A stretch of DNA of 64,000 bases from Desulfobacterales bacterium (GCA_963668645.2 CAXXWC010000021.1:1248001-1312000); one strand, 5' to 3'. Shown: positions 1 to 9,867, numbered from the stretch's first letter. Numbers and translations are program-made. The notes: generated from the sequence alone by a model not told the origin.

Positions 1-54
1 TGCCCGCCTCCAGCGGATCCACGCGGCGGCCCGGCAAGAACCCCCCTCGGCCTC

Positions 55-597
55 ATGATCGCCCCGTCATCGTTCATCGACGCGCGCCTGGAGCGCATCC
101 GGCTGCTGCTTCTGGACGTGGACGGCGTACTGACCGACGGCCGGCTCTACTATGGTCCGGAGGGCGAAATCTTCAAGGCGTTTTACTCCCGTGACGGACT
201 GGGCCTGCGCCTGGTGATGGAAGCCGGCCTGGCGGTGGGCATCGTCACCGGCCGCCGCGGCCCAAGCCTGGCATCCCGCTGCCACGACCTGGGGATCTCG
301 TTGATCCTGGACGGGGTACGGGACAAGGCGGCGGCTTTACAGACCATCAGGGCCCGCACCGGTCTGGAACCCGGACAGATGGCCTTCGTGGGAGACGATC
401 TGGTCGACCTGCCCCTGATGCGCCTGGTGGGGCTGGCCGTGGCGGTGGCCGATGCGGCCGCCGAGGTGCGGGCCGCAGCCCATTTTGTCACCGAGGCCCC
501 GGGGGGACGGGGGGCGGTACGGGAGGTCTGCCAGCGTCTGCTCACCGTCCAGGGAAGATGGTCGGAGGTCCTGGCCCGGTTCGGCATCTCGCCATGA
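55..597 (+). CDS. kdsC: KDO-8-phosphate phosphatase (HAD family)
   Basis: LLLDVDGVLTDG HAD motif I, GDDLVD motif; upstream of lptCAB. Confidence 0.92.
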   Translation: MIAPSSFIDARLERIRLLLLDVDGVLTDGRLYYGPEGEIFKAFYSRDGLGLRLVMEAGLAVGIVTGRRGPSLASRCHDLGISLILDGVRDKAAALQTIRARTGLEPGQMAFVGDDLVDLPLMRLVGLAVAVADAAAEVRAAAHFVTEAPGGRGAVREVCQRLLTVQGRWSEVLARFGISP

Positions 598-1169
598 ATA
601 CGGTGCGGCGCACGCGGCTGCTGCGCCGTCTTTTGGTGGCGCTGATCGCCTTGGCCTGTCTGGGAATCGCCGGCGCCTATCTCGGCTATCGGCACTGGCG
701 CGCCAAACCCGAGGCCCTGATATCCTCCGCCGGGCAAGCCGCCTTGAGCATGCAGCACGTGCGCCATACCGCCACGCGCGACGGGCGCACCGAATGGGTT
801 CTGGAAGCGCGCCAGGCGAGTCTCGACAGTCAATCGCAGATTTTGCGGCTCGAAGCGCCGCGCCTCGAATTCTTTCCGCGCCAGGGTGAACCGGTCCACC
901 TGGAGGCGGAACACGGACAGCTTTTTACCGCGTCAAATGACATTGAAGTGCAGGATCGGGTTGTGCTAAAAAGCGCGCATTACCGGCTCGATACTCAGAA
1001 AATGCACTACGATCACGGCCGTGGACAGATGACCATCGCCACGCCGGTTGAAATCCGACGCGGCGAGGATCGCATCCGCGCCGACACGATGACGGTGGAT
1101 CTTCGCAAACGCAGGGCAGAGATGGCCGGAGCGGTGAAAGGAACTTTCAGTGGCGTCAAAATCTGGTAA
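594..1169 (+). CDS. lptC: LPS export protein LptC
   Basis: N-terminal TM helix then beta-jellyroll-like sequence; ATG 594 overlaps kdsC stop; kdsC-lptC-lptA-lptB synteny. Confidence 0.85.
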   Translation: MNTVRRTRLLRRLLVALIALACLGIAGAYLGYRHWRAKPEALISSAGQAALSMQHVRHTATRDGRTEWVLEARQASLDSQSQILRLEAPRLEFFPRQGEPVHLEAEHGQLFTASNDIEVQDRVVLKSAHYRLDTQKMHYDHGRGQMTIATPVEIRRGEDRIRADTMTVDLRKRRAEMAGAVKGTFSGVKIW

Positions 1170-1692
1170 GCGGCGGCATGCAGCCAGGTGGTGGCTTATC
1201 GGCGCCTGGATCTGCCTTGCGGCCGCAGCGGCATGGGCAGCCGGGCCGGAGTCCGACCAGCACGTCCATATTACCGCCGACCGGCTGCTGGCCGACATGG
1301 ACGGCCGTACGGCCGAGTTTATCGGCAACGTACGCGCCGTACAGGGCACTACGGTGATCACTGCAGCACGACTGAAGGTATTTTACATTCCCGGCAGCGC
1401 TGCTGCCGGGAGCGAGGCGGCCGGACAGGAAGCCATCGAACGCATCGAGGCCAGCGGCGAGGTCAATATCCAGATGGAGGATCGAAACGCCCAGGCCGAC
1501 GATGCCGTCTACACCGCAGCCGACGGCATCCTGGTGCTGACCGGAAAACAAGCCCGCCTCACCAGCGGCGCCAACACGGTGGTGGGCGGCCGCATCACGC
1601 TGGACCGCAACACGAATCGCATCACGGTGGAAAAGGCTTCCGATGGGCGTGTAGAGGCGGTATTTAAAAGCGATGACAAGGTCTTACAGTAA
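1150..1692 (+). CDS. lptA: LPS transport periplasmic protein LptA (OstA-like)
   Basis: signal peptide, HITADRL and FIGNVRAVQG motifs; synteny. Confidence 0.85.
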   Translation: MASKSGKRRHAARWWLIGAWICLAAAAAWAAGPESDQHVHITADRLLADMDGRTAEFIGNVRAVQGTTVITAARLKVFYIPGSAAAGSEAAGQEAIERIEASGEVNIQMEDRNAQADDAVYTAADGILVLTGKQARLTSGANTVVGGRITLDRNTNRITVEKASDGRVEAVFKSDDKVLQ

Positions 1693-1707
1693 AATGGAGG
1701 CCGGTTC

Positions 1708-2430
1708 ATGACCACCCTCCGCCTGGAGCATCTGGTCAAGGTCTATGCCGGCCGCCAGGTGGTCAAGGGTGTCGACATGAGCGTGGCCAGCGGGCAGGTG
1801 GTCGGCCTGCTGGGGCCCAACGGCGCCGGCAAGACCACTACCTTTTATATGACAGTGGGAATGATCCGTGCAGATGCGGGCCGGGTGATGCTCGACGACG
1901 AGGATCTGACCGACGCTCCCATGCACCAGCGGGCCCGCCGGGGACTGGGCTACCTGCCCCAGGAAACCAGCGTCTTTCGCAAGCTGACCGTGGAACAGAA
2001 CGTATCGGCGGTCCTCGAACTGCGGGGGATCAAACGTGCCGAACGCCGCCAGCGCACCGCCCGGCTCCTCGAAGAGCTGGGAATCGACCGGTTGGCCAAG
2101 CGCCGGGCCGCAGGCCTTTCGGGCGGCGAGCGCAGGCGTCTGGAGATTTCCCGGGCCCTGGCCACCGATCCGGCTTTCATCCTTCTGGACGAACCGTTTG
2201 CCGGCATCGACCCGCTGGCGGTCCTTGACATCAAGCAGATCATCGGCCATTTGCGCCGGAGGGGAATCGGAGTGCTGATCTCAGACCACAACGTGCGCGA
2301 AACCCTCGGGGCGTGCGACCAGGCGTATATTCTCAGCGAAGGCACGGTAATCGAATCCGGACCGCCGGCGAACATCGCCGCCAGCGAAATCGCCCGGCGC
2401 ATCTACCTCGGTGAAGAGTTCAGGTTGTAA
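1708..2430 (+). CDS. lptB: LPS export ABC ATPase LptB
   Basis: GPNGAGKTT, LSGGERRR, LLDEPFAGIDP, SDHNVRET. Confidence 0.95.
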   Translation: MTTLRLEHLVKVYAGRQVVKGVDMSVASGQVVGLLGPNGAGKTTTFYMTVGMIRADAGRVMLDDEDLTDAPMHQRARRGLGYLPQETSVFRKLTVEQNVSAVLELRGIKRAERRQRTARLLEELGIDRLAKRRAAGLSGGERRRLEISRALATDPAFILLDEPFAGIDPLAVLDIKQIIGHLRRRGIGVLISDHNVRETLGACDQAYILSEGTVIESGPPANIAASEIARRIYLGEEFRL

Positions 2431-2432
2431 CC

Positions 2433-3866
2433 ATGGCACTCGAACTGCGACAACAGCTCAAACTGTCCCAGCAGCTGATCATGACCCCGCAGTTGCAGAT
2501 GGCCATCAAGCTCCTGCAACTGTCAAGGCTCGAACTGCTGGATACCATCCACCAGGAACTGGAAGAGAACCCGGCTCTGGAGGAGGTCCCTGAAACCTTC
2601 ACCGAAGAGACGGACACCGGCTCCGAGGAACCGATTCCGGTCGAAGCGCCGCCCATGCAAGAGGTGACGATCAAGGAGCGGCTCAACGAGGACATCGACT
2701 GGAGCAACTACATCGACGAGTACAGCGCACCGGGCCGCATCAACTTCGAGTCTGAACAGCGCGAGGGCCCCGGCTTCGAGCCCTTTATGGCCCGGCCCGA
2801 CTCGCTGCAGGATCATCTGCTCTGGCAGCTGCTGATGACCTCCCCGGACGAAAAGACCGAACGCATCGGCAGTCTGATCGCCGGCAATCTCAAAGCCGAT
2901 GGATACCTGGACATCGGCGTGGAAGAACTGGCCGCGCTGGCCGGCTGCGAGCCGGAGGAGTCGGAAAAGGTCCTCGCCCTGATGCAAACCTTCGATCCGG
3001 TAGGGGTCTGCGCCCGGAACCTGACCGAATGCCTGCTGATCCAGGCCCGCCATCTGGACCTGTCCGAAACCCTGGTGACCGAAATCATCCAGCACCATCT
3101 GAACCATCTGGAAAACAAAAATTACAAAGCCATCTGCAAGGCCCTCAAGGTCAGCATGGAGGATGTAGCCCGGGCCGTGAATATCATCCGCGGCCTGGAG
3201 CCGCGCCCCGGACGCCAGTTCGCCGACGATACGGCCCAGTACATCACCCCGGACATCTACGTGCACAAGATCGGCGATGAGTACGTGATCCTGCTCAACG
3301 ACGACGGTCTGCCCAAGCTGCGGGTCAACAGCTTTTACCGCAACGCCATCCGGCGCGGCCAGCAGATCCCCGACAGCGCCAAGGACTACGTCCAGGACAA
3401 GATGCGCTCGGCCGCCTGGCTGATACGCAGCATTCACCAACGCCAAAAGACCATCTACCGTGTGATGGAAAGCATCCTGCGCTTCCAGCGCGACTTTTTC
3501 GACAAGGGCATCGCCCACCTCAAACCGATGGTGCTGCGGGACGTGGCCGAGGACATCGGCATGCACGAATCGACCATCAGCCGGGTGACCACCAACAAGT
3601 ACGCCCATACCCCCCGGGGCATCTTCGAGTTGAAATACTTTTTCAACAGCTCCATCCGTCGGGTGCACGGGGAAGCCATCGCCTCGGCCAGTGTTCAGGA
3701 AAAGATCCGGCGCATCATCGACAACGAGGATCCACACCATCCTTACAGCGACGACCGCATCGCCCAGATTCTCAAGACCCAGAATATCGACATCGCCCGT
3801 CGTACGGTGGCTAAGTACCGGGAAATCCTCAAAGTGCTGCCCAGCAGCAAACGAAAACAGATATAG
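2433..3866 (+). CDS. rpoN: RNA polymerase sigma-54 factor
   Basis: Gln/Leu-rich region I, HESTISR, RpoN box ARRTVAKYR. Confidence 0.97.
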   Translation: MALELRQQLKLSQQLIMTPQLQMAIKLLQLSRLELLDTIHQELEENPALEEVPETFTEETDTGSEEPIPVEAPPMQEVTIKERLNEDIDWSNYIDEYSAPGRINFESEQREGPGFEPFMARPDSLQDHLLWQLLMTSPDEKTERIGSLIAGNLKADGYLDIGVEELAALAGCEPEESEKVLALMQTFDPVGVCARNLTECLLIQARHLDLSETLVTEIIQHHLNHLENKNYKAICKALKVSMEDVARAVNIIRGLEPRPGRQFADDTAQYITPDIYVHKIGDEYVILLNDDGLPKLRVNSFYRNAIRRGQQIPDSAKDYVQDKMRSAAWLIRSIHQRQKTIYRVMESILRFQRDFFDKGIAHLKPMVLRDVAEDIGMHESTISRVTTNKYAHTPRGIFELKYFFNSSIRRVHGEAIASASVQEKIRRIIDNEDPHHPYSDDRIAQILKTQNIDIARRTVAKYREILKVLPSSKRKQI

Positions 3867-3879
3867 CAGGAGGTCCGGG

Positions 3880-4404
3880 ATGCAGACGAGTGTGACGTTC
3901 AAGAACCTCGACCCGTCCGAACACCTCAAGGCCTATGTCCAGGACAAGCTCAAGCGCCTGGACAAGTATTTTCACAACCCGGCCACGGCCGGGGTGGTAC
4001 TGACGGTGGAAAAGCACCGCCATATCGCCGAAGTCAATATCCAGGCCGACCGGTTGAACATCAACGGCCGGGAAGAGACCACGGACATGTACTCGGCCAT
4101 CGACATGGCCCTGGACAAGATCGAAGCCCAGGTCAAGAAAGGCAAACAGAAAGAACGCGAACGGCGGGGAGAAAGCCCCAAGGCAATGATGGCCGAAGCG
4201 GCCATGGCCACCGAGAGCGACGGCCCGGCGCGGGTCGAGGTGATTCCCATCGACTACAAACCCATGGACGTGGAAGAGGCCGTGATGCAGCTCGATCTGA
4301 GCGACGAGAGTTTTCTGGTCTTCACCAACGCTCGGACCGATCGCGTCAACGTCCTTTACCGGCGCAACAACGGCGCTTACGGCCTGATTCAACCCAACGC
4401 CTGA
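3880..4404 (+). CDS. hpf: ribosome hibernation promoting factor (long HPF)
   Basis: SD GGAGG then ATG 3880; DMYSAID and KPMDVEEAVMQL motifs; follows rpoN. Confidence 0.9.
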   Translation: MQTSVTFKNLDPSEHLKAYVQDKLKRLDKYFHNPATAGVVLTVEKHRHIAEVNIQADRLNINGREETTDMYSAIDMALDKIEAQVKKGKQKERERRGESPKAMMAEAAMATESDGPARVEVIPIDYKPMDVEEAVMQLDLSDESFLVFTNARTDRVNVLYRRNNGAYGLIQPNA

Positions 4405-4427
4405 TTCCGAAGCGGGTTCGGAATCAG
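4401..4427. other. perfect 11-bp stem hairpin after hpf (no U-tract; possible mRNA stabiliser)
   Basis: CTGATTCCGAA-gcggg-TTCGGAATCAG. Confidence 0.5.
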
Positions 4428-4516
4428 TGGGGGCGCCGCGAGGCGCAGCAGGCCTTGCTCGGGGCAGGCCGTTTCGCGCGCTGCGCGGCAGGACGGCGCC
4501 CCTGTGGAAAGATGAC

Positions 4517-4975
4517 ATGAAGATTCTGGATGTACTGACCAAAGACGCCATCGTGCCCAACCTGACGGCGCGCGATAAAAAGGGCGTCCTCGAACAGCTC
4601 GTACAGCCGGTGGCGGCGCGTGCCGGCACTTCGGTCAAGGACTTGGTGCGGGTTTTGCTGGAGCGTGAACGGCTCGGCTCCACGGGAATCGGGGGCGGCA
4701 TCGGCATCCCCCACGGCAAACTCAAGGCGCTGGACACTTTGCTGCTCGGCGTCGGGTTGAGCCGCCATGGCGTCGACTTCGACTCGCTGGACGGGCGCCC
4801 CACCCATATCTTTTTTCTGCTGATTACCCCGGAAAATTCCACCGGGCTGCACCTCAAACTGCTGGCACGCATCTCACGCATCCTCAAAAACGAAACGTTC
4901 AAAGAAAAACTTATGACCGCCGAGGATGCCGAAGCCGTGTGGTCGGCCATCGCCGCCCAGGACGAGGATTTTTAG
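4517..4975 (+). CDS. ptsN: PTS EIIA(Ntr)
   Basis: ERERLGSTGIGGGIGIPHGK phospho-His motif; rpoN operon context. Confidence 0.9.
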   Translation: MKILDVLTKDAIVPNLTARDKKGVLEQLVQPVAARAGTSVKDLVRVLLERERLGSTGIGGGIGIPHGKLKALDTLLLGVGLSRHGVDFDSLDGRPTHIFFLLITPENSTGLHLKLLARISRILKNETFKEKLMTAEDAEAVWSAIAAQDEDF

Positions 4976-4982
4976 GTTTCCG

Positions 4983-5858
4983 GTGAAAAACGCCCGTATC
5001 ATCGTCATCACCGGCCTGTCCGGGTCGGGCAAAAGCACCGCCATGGCAGCCCTCGAGGATGCCGGTCGTTTTTGCGTGGACAACCTGCCCGTGGCCCTGC
5101 TGCCCCGCCTGCTGGAACTGCCGATGGACAGCGAAACGGCGGCCACCGCAGGGCTCGCCTTTGCCATGGATCTGCGCGAAAAAGGGTTTGTGGACCAATA
5201 CCCGGCGGTGTTCGACACTTTGCGCCAGCGGGGCATCGTACCGGAAATCATCTTCCTGGAGGCCGACGAGGAGATCCTGGTGCAGCGCTACCAGGCCACT
5301 CGGCGCCAGCACCCGTTGGCCCAGAACCAGTCCCTGCGCCAGGCCATTTGCAACGAGGCGCACCTGCTGGCCCCTTTGCGGGCAGCGGCCCACCGGGTCA
5401 TCGACACCTCCCGGCTCAATGCCCACCAGCTCAAGGCAACGATGTTCGAGATCGCCCGGCGCGGCGCCGCGCCCGGAATGCTGCAGATTCAGGTCCTTTC
5501 CTTCGGCTTCAAGCACGGTCTGCCCCGGGAGGCCGACCTGGTGGCGGATGTCCGGTTTTTGACCAATCCTTTTTACGACGGGAACCTGCGCCACCTGGAC
5601 GGAGAGAGCGAGGCCATCCGGCACTTCGTCATGGGCGACCCGGAGGCCGGTCCTTTCCTGGAACGTTACGGCGACCTGCTTGACTATTTGATCCCGTTGT
5701 ATGAAAAGGGGGGAAAATCGTACCTGACCATCGCCGTTGGCTGCACTGGCGGGCGGCATCGCTCCGTGGTGATGGCTCGGGCCATCTTTCAACACCTCCA
5801 GGAGCTCGGCCGCCCCGTGCACCTGGCCCATCGGGACATCGGTCTGGCCGGTGACTGA
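4983..5858 (+). CDS. rapZ: RNase adapter RapZ-like P-loop protein
   Basis: GLSGSGKS, VDNLP, SFGFKHG, GCTGGRHRSV; GTG start inferred. Confidence 0.92.
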   Translation: MKNARIIVITGLSGSGKSTAMAALEDAGRFCVDNLPVALLPRLLELPMDSETAATAGLAFAMDLREKGFVDQYPAVFDTLRQRGIVPEIIFLEADEEILVQRYQATRRQHPLAQNQSLRQAICNEAHLLAPLRAAAHRVIDTSRLNAHQLKATMFEIARRGAAPGMLQIQVLSFGFKHGLPREADLVADVRFLTNPFYDGNLRHLDGESEAIRHFVMGDPEAGPFLERYGDLLDYLIPLYEKGGKSYLTIAVGCTGGRHRSVVMARAIFQHLQELGRPVHLAHRDIGLAGD

Positions 5859-5875
5859 CCAAGGAAGTCGACATC

Positions 5876-6292
5876 ATGATCGGAATTTTGATCGTCACCC
5901 ACAGCAGTCTGGGCGACGCACTGATCGAGGCCGCGGCCCTGATCATCGGCCGCCGTCCTGAAGCCACGGCGGCCGTCTCTATCGATCTGACGCACAACGT
6001 GGACCGGATGCGCCAGAAGATCGCCGACGGGCTGCGCAACGTGCGCGCCAGTAAAGGAGCCCTGATTTTAACCGACATGTTCGGCGGCACCCCTTCGAAC
6101 CTGAGCTACTCGTTTCTCGAAGAAGGCCGGGTGGAGGTCATCTCTGGGGTCAATCTGCCCATCGTTATCAAGGCCTTGAACACGCGGGGCAAAAAAACCC
6201 TGCCCGAACTGGCCGTGGAGTTGGAAGCCTACGGCAAAAAGAGCATCTCCCTGGCCAGCGGGATTTTAAAAGGCAACAAACGCAGCGTTTGA
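5876..6292 (+). CDS. PTS EIIA mannose/fructose family
   Basis: ILIVTH, TDMFGGTPSN, GVNLP. Confidence 0.9.
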   Translation: MIGILIVTHSSLGDALIEAAALIIGRRPEATAAVSIDLTHNVDRMRQKIADGLRNVRASKGALILTDMFGGTPSNLSYSFLEEGRVEVISGVNLPIVIKALNTRGKKTLPELAVELEAYGKKSISLASGILKGNKRSV

Positions 6293-6318
6293 ATTAAGAA
6301 GATAAGAGGAGAAGAACC

Positions 6319-7323
6319 ATGACAACCAAAATCGGAATCAACGGATTCGGACGAATCGGCCGTCTGGTATTGCGAGCCGCACTTAAAAATCCCAAGGTCG
6401 AGGTGATCGGCATCAACGATCTGACCGATGCGGCCACCATGGCGCATCTTCTCCAGTACGACTCGGTCCACGGCCGGCTGGAGGCCCAGGTCAGCGCCCG
6501 GGAGGACGCCATTGAGATCGATGGCCGGCCGGTAGCCATCACCAGCGTGCGTGATCCGGAGCGGCTCGCCTGGGGCGACCAGGGGGTGGACCTGGTGGCC
6601 GAATGCACCGGGATTTTCCGCGACCGCGAGGGAGCGGGCAAACACCTGGCCGCCGGTGCGCGCAAGGTGATCATCAGCGCGCCGGCCAACAACCCGGACA
6701 TCACCATCGTCATGGGGGTCAACCACCGCCAGTACGACCCACGCCAGCACCATATCGTCTCCAACGCCTCGTGCACCACCAACTGCCTGGCCCCGGTGGC
6801 CAAGGTGCTGATGGAAAACTTCGGCATCCGCACCGGCCTGATGACCACCATCCACTCGTACACCGGAGACCAGCGCCTGCTCGATTTTCCTCACAAGGAT
6901 CTGCGCCGGGCGCGGGCCGCGGCCCTTTCCATGATCCCGACCACCACCGGTGCGGCCCGGGCCGTGGCCCTGGTCCTGCCCGAACTCAAGGGCAAGCTCA
7001 ACGGACTGGCCATACGGGTGCCGACCCCCAACGTCTCGATAGTGGACCTGGTGGCCACCGTGGAAAAATCCGGGGTCACCGTCTCGGACGTCAACGATGC
7101 ATTGCGCATCGCCAGCGAAACCACCCTCAAAGGAATTCTGGGCTACAGCGAACTGCCCCTGGTCAGTTCGGATTTCAACGGCTGCACCCTGTCGAGCATC
7201 GTCGACGCACCCAATACCTACGTGGTGGACGACATGGTCAAAATCCTTTCCTGGTACGACAACGAAGCGGGCTATGCCACCCGCATGGTCGACTTGGCGG
7301 CGTTGATCGGCGAACAACTTTAA
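6319..7323 (+). CDS. gap: type I glyceraldehyde-3-phosphate dehydrogenase
   Basis: GINGFGRIGR, ASCTTNCL, WYDNE. Confidence 0.97.
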   Translation: MTTKIGINGFGRIGRLVLRAALKNPKVEVIGINDLTDAATMAHLLQYDSVHGRLEAQVSAREDAIEIDGRPVAITSVRDPERLAWGDQGVDLVAECTGIFRDREGAGKHLAAGARKVIISAPANNPDITIVMGVNHRQYDPRQHHIVSNASCTTNCLAPVAKVLMENFGIRTGLMTTIHSYTGDQRLLDFPHKDLRRARAAALSMIPTTTGAARAVALVLPELKGKLNGLAIRVPTPNVSIVDLVATVEKSGVTVSDVNDALRIASETTLKGILGYSELPLVSSDFNGCTLSSIVDAPNTYVVDDMVKILSWYDNEAGYATRMVDLAALIGEQL

Positions 7324-7335
7324 GGAGACTCTCCC

Positions 7336-8106
7336 ATGACCGGTCGCACCCCGTTTATTGCCGGTAACTGGAAAATGTACAAGCTCCCGGCCGAAGCGGC
7401 CCAAACGGCTCGCGAACTCGTGGCGCAGGTAGCGGATGTAAAAGGGGTGGAGGTGATGATCGCCCCGCCCTTCCCAGCACTGGCCGCCACAGCCGAGGCG
7501 CTTCTCGGCTCCAACGTCCGGCTCGGCGCCCAGAACCTTTTCTGGGAGGATGAAGGGGCCTTTACCGGAGAGGTGGCACCGGCCATGCTCACCGCCCTAG
7601 GGGTTAGCTATGCCATCATCGGCCACTCCGAACGGCGCCAGTATTTCGGCGAAACCGACCAGACGGTGCGCCGGCGCGTGGCAGCGGCTTTACGTCACGA
7701 AATGGTGCCGGTTCTTTGCGTCGGTGAAACCGGAGATCAACGGGATGCGGGCCAGACCTTTTCCGTGCTTGACAAACAGCTAACGAATGGTTTAGATGGG
7801 TTCCTTTCGGAACGACTGGGCCGGTTGGTGGTGGCCTACGAACCGGTCTGGGCCATCGGCACCGGCAAGACCGCCACCCGCGGACAGGCTCAGGAAGTCC
7901 ACCACTTTATCCGCCAGCGTTTGTCCGAAGGTTTCGGCCAGGCCTTGGCCGAAGCGGTCCGGATCCTTTACGGAGGCAGCGTCAAACCGGAAAACATCGA
8001 CGGTTTGATGGCCATGGACGACATCGACGGCGCATTGGTTGGCGGTGCCAGTCTCAAGGCCGAGACATTTGCCAAAATCGTGCGCTTCAAGACGCACGGA
8101 AGCTAA
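7336..8106 (+). CDS. tpiA: triosephosphate isomerase
   Basis: AGNWKM, GHSERR, AYEPVWAIGTG, YGGSVK. Confidence 0.97.
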   Translation: MTGRTPFIAGNWKMYKLPAEAAQTARELVAQVADVKGVEVMIAPPFPALAATAEALLGSNVRLGAQNLFWEDEGAFTGEVAPAMLTALGVSYAIIGHSERRQYFGETDQTVRRRVAAALRHEMVPVLCVGETGDQRDAGQTFSVLDKQLTNGLDGFLSERLGRLVVAYEPVWAIGTGKTATRGQAQEVHHFIRQRLSEGFGQALAEAVRILYGGSVKPENIDGLMAMDDIDGALVGGASLKAETFAKIVRFKTHGS

Positions 8107-8119
8107 GAAGTCAGGTATT

Positions 8120-8491
8120 ATGGCGATTTTTCTGGTTATTATTCATGTAGTGGTCTGCATCGCACTGATCATGATCGTGCTGCTCCAGACCGGCAAGGGG
8201 GCCGACATGGGCGCCGCCTTCGGTATGGGCGCCAGTCAGACCCTCTTCGGCTCCTCTGGGGCCGGCGGCTTTCTGAGCCGGGCCACCACAGTGGCGGCGG
8301 TGGTTTTCATGCTCACCAGCCTGACCCTGGCGTACATGTCGGGCAACCGCACGAGCCAGTCGATCATGACTGAAGTGCCCGCGGCCACCCAGACGACGGA
8401 GCAATCTTCGGCCGCACCCCAGCCGGCAGCCGATGCGCCGGCGGATTCAGGTTCAACAACGGCGGCCCCGGCCGCAACCGATAAGAAGTGA
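8120..8491 (+). CDS. secG: preprotein translocase subunit SecG
   Basis: two TM helices, VLLQTGKGADMGAAFG; tpiA-secG-tRNA-Leu synteny. Confidence 0.93.
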   Translation: MAIFLVIIHVVVCIALIMIVLLQTGKGADMGAAFGMGASQTLFGSSGAGGFLSRATTVAAVVFMLTSLTLAYMSGNRTSQSIMTEVPAATQTTEQSSAAPQPAADAPADSGSTTAAPAATDKK

Positions 8492-8503
8492 TGTTAGATT
8501 TTT

Positions 8504-8590
8504 GCCGAAGTGGTGGAATTTGGTAGACACGCTATCTTGAGGGGGTAGTGGGCTACGCCCGTGCCGGTTCAAGTCCGGCCTTCGGCACCA
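8504..8590 (+). tRNA. tRNA-Leu(GAG)
   Basis: acceptor stem GCCGAAG/CTTCGGC+ACCA, anticodon arm CTATC-TTGAGGG-GGTAG, long variable arm, T-loop GGTTCAAGTCC. Confidence 0.95.
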
Positions 8591-8596
8591 AATTTT
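8563..8596 (+). repeat. attL core (34-bp direct repeat, tRNA 3' end)
   Basis: GCCGGTTCAAGTCCGGCCTTCGGCACCAAATTTT identical to 24406-24439. Confidence 0.95.
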
Positions 8597-8602
8597 ATAA
8601 GT

Positions 8603-8640
8603 GAAAAGAGGGGCTTGCGATTTCCGCAGCCCCTCTTTTC
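8603..8640. terminator. element-borne (probably bidirectional) intrinsic terminator downstream of tRNA
   Basis: GAAAAGAGGGGCT(T)GCG-atttc-CGCAGCCCCTCTTTTC. Confidence 0.8.
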
Positions 8641-8712
8641 GTTGGTCAGTGGTTGTTCAGAAACTCCCTGCCCATGCACCCCACCATGTTTAGCTGAAAC
8701 TAAGTCCTAAGG

Positions 8713-9084
8713 TCAAATTCCTTTGGATGCAAGAAAATGAGCCTCAATACAAGTAGCAAGGGCTTTGCTGATATGGTCCCTGTGCTCAAGAACCTGAGCC
8801 GTTTTGCCCAAAAGGTCGCTGATCTTGTATGATTGGAAATCAGTAATCCCCCTATCCTCTCCCCGCAAAAGCCAATTCAGATCTACATCAGACTGCAAAG
8901 CCCATGTGACTATCAGGGGAATCAAGGACTTGTTTTTCTTCCTGGCACTGAAGTTCTGATGAGAAACCCCTAAAATTTCAGCAAATTCCTTATCTGTCTT
9001 AACTCCGGCAACCTGCTTAGACCTTTCCAGGATCAATAAAAAATCGGGCTCCGATAAAATAATATTTGATTTTTCACTTGACAT
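8713..9084 (-). CDS. phage CI-like HTH repressor
   Basis: TDKEFAEILGVSHQNFSARKK HTH and VDLNWLLRGE motif; divergent from phage genes. Confidence 0.8.
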   Translation of the reverse strand: MSSEKSNIILSEPDFLLILERSKQVAGVKTDKEFAEILGVSHQNFSARKKNKSLIPLIVTWALQSDVDLNWLLRGEDRGITDFQSYKISDLLGKTAQVLEHRDHISKALATCIEAHFLASKGI

Positions 9085-9107
9085 TGCAAATTTTATTTGA
9101 TTCTAAT
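9078..9107 (+). promoter_or_regulatory. candidate sigma70 promoter for phage genes, overlapping the repressor start codon
   Basis: TTGACA-18 nt-TCTAAT in AT-rich divergent intergenic region. Confidence 0.45.
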
Positions 9108-9367
9108 GGCCCCCAGGAAATCATTCCTTGCATAAATGGGCAAGTAAATCAAATGTATCCCGACCGATATAAAGTTGAAAAACCAAGCCCCTCCCGAAGC
9201 CGAAAGGACTTTGCAGGGGCTTCTTTTATGGCTCTAAGAAAGTTAACCCCCTGCAATAAAAACAATTCTTGCAAGCCTATCAGGAAATCCGATCATAGTC
9301 GATTTAAAAATAATAATTGTAAATTCAGAGATTTAACATTCATTCAGCCTGAAAGGCAGATGTAGCC

Positions 9368-9559
9368 ATGGAAGCAAGCCAGTCCAAGCAGGTCCAGTTG
9401 TCGCTATTTGAAGGAATCCCCTACCCCACAAGACGCTCCACCCCGAAAATAACCATGAATGATGTCCTGTGCGGCTCCCTGCGTCTGGTGGGGGCCACTT
9501 CGAAAGAATCCGGGAACGGGAACCCCTTCCCGGAAACCCAGCTGAAAAGGGGGAAATGA
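9368..9559 (+). CDS. hypothetical phage protein (63 aa)
   Basis: ATG ORF whose stop overlaps the next ATG (ATGA). Confidence 0.4.
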   Translation: MEASQSKQVQLSLFEGIPYPTRRSTPKITMNDVLCGSLRLVGATSKESGNGNPFPETQLKRGK

Positions 9560-9840
9560 CCATGGAAGCTACCACAAACGCCAACACCGGGAACGAAATC
9601 AAGCTGGGTAAGGAAATAGAAGAAATCCTGAAACAGAATAAAAAGAGCATTGAAGCTGCCGCGAAAGCCGGGAGTGTAATCAAGCTGAGTCGGGAAACGG
9701 TCATAAAGGTTCTGAAAAGGGAGTTAGCCGAAGCCGAAGAGGGAAAGGCAAAGGCCTGTCTATATCGTGATGACCATTACAGGGGTTTCGAATCCGGCCG
9801 GACCAGCTCCCTGAAATTCGCCATAAGGCTTTTATCGTAG
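9556..9840 (+). CDS. hypothetical phage protein (94 aa, charged, helical)
   Basis: SD AAAGGGGG, ATG 9556, coupled to upstream ORF. Confidence 0.6.
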   Translation: MTMEATTNANTGNEIKLGKEIEEILKQNKKSIEAAAKAGSVIKLSRETVIKVLKRELAEAEEGKAKACLYRDDHYRGFESGRTSSLKFAIRLLS

Positions 9841-9867
9841 CCGAACCACAACCAAAGGAGGGAAATC

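Noticed and set aside
2523..3929. Long antisense ORFs (also 6229-7404, 38583-39701, 46672-48333)
   Set aside because: These are shadow frames opposite well-supported genes in GC-rich DNA, with no motifs.
6319..8106. pgk missing between gap and tpiA
   Set aside because: The 12-bp gap shows no scar; ordinary gene-order variation.
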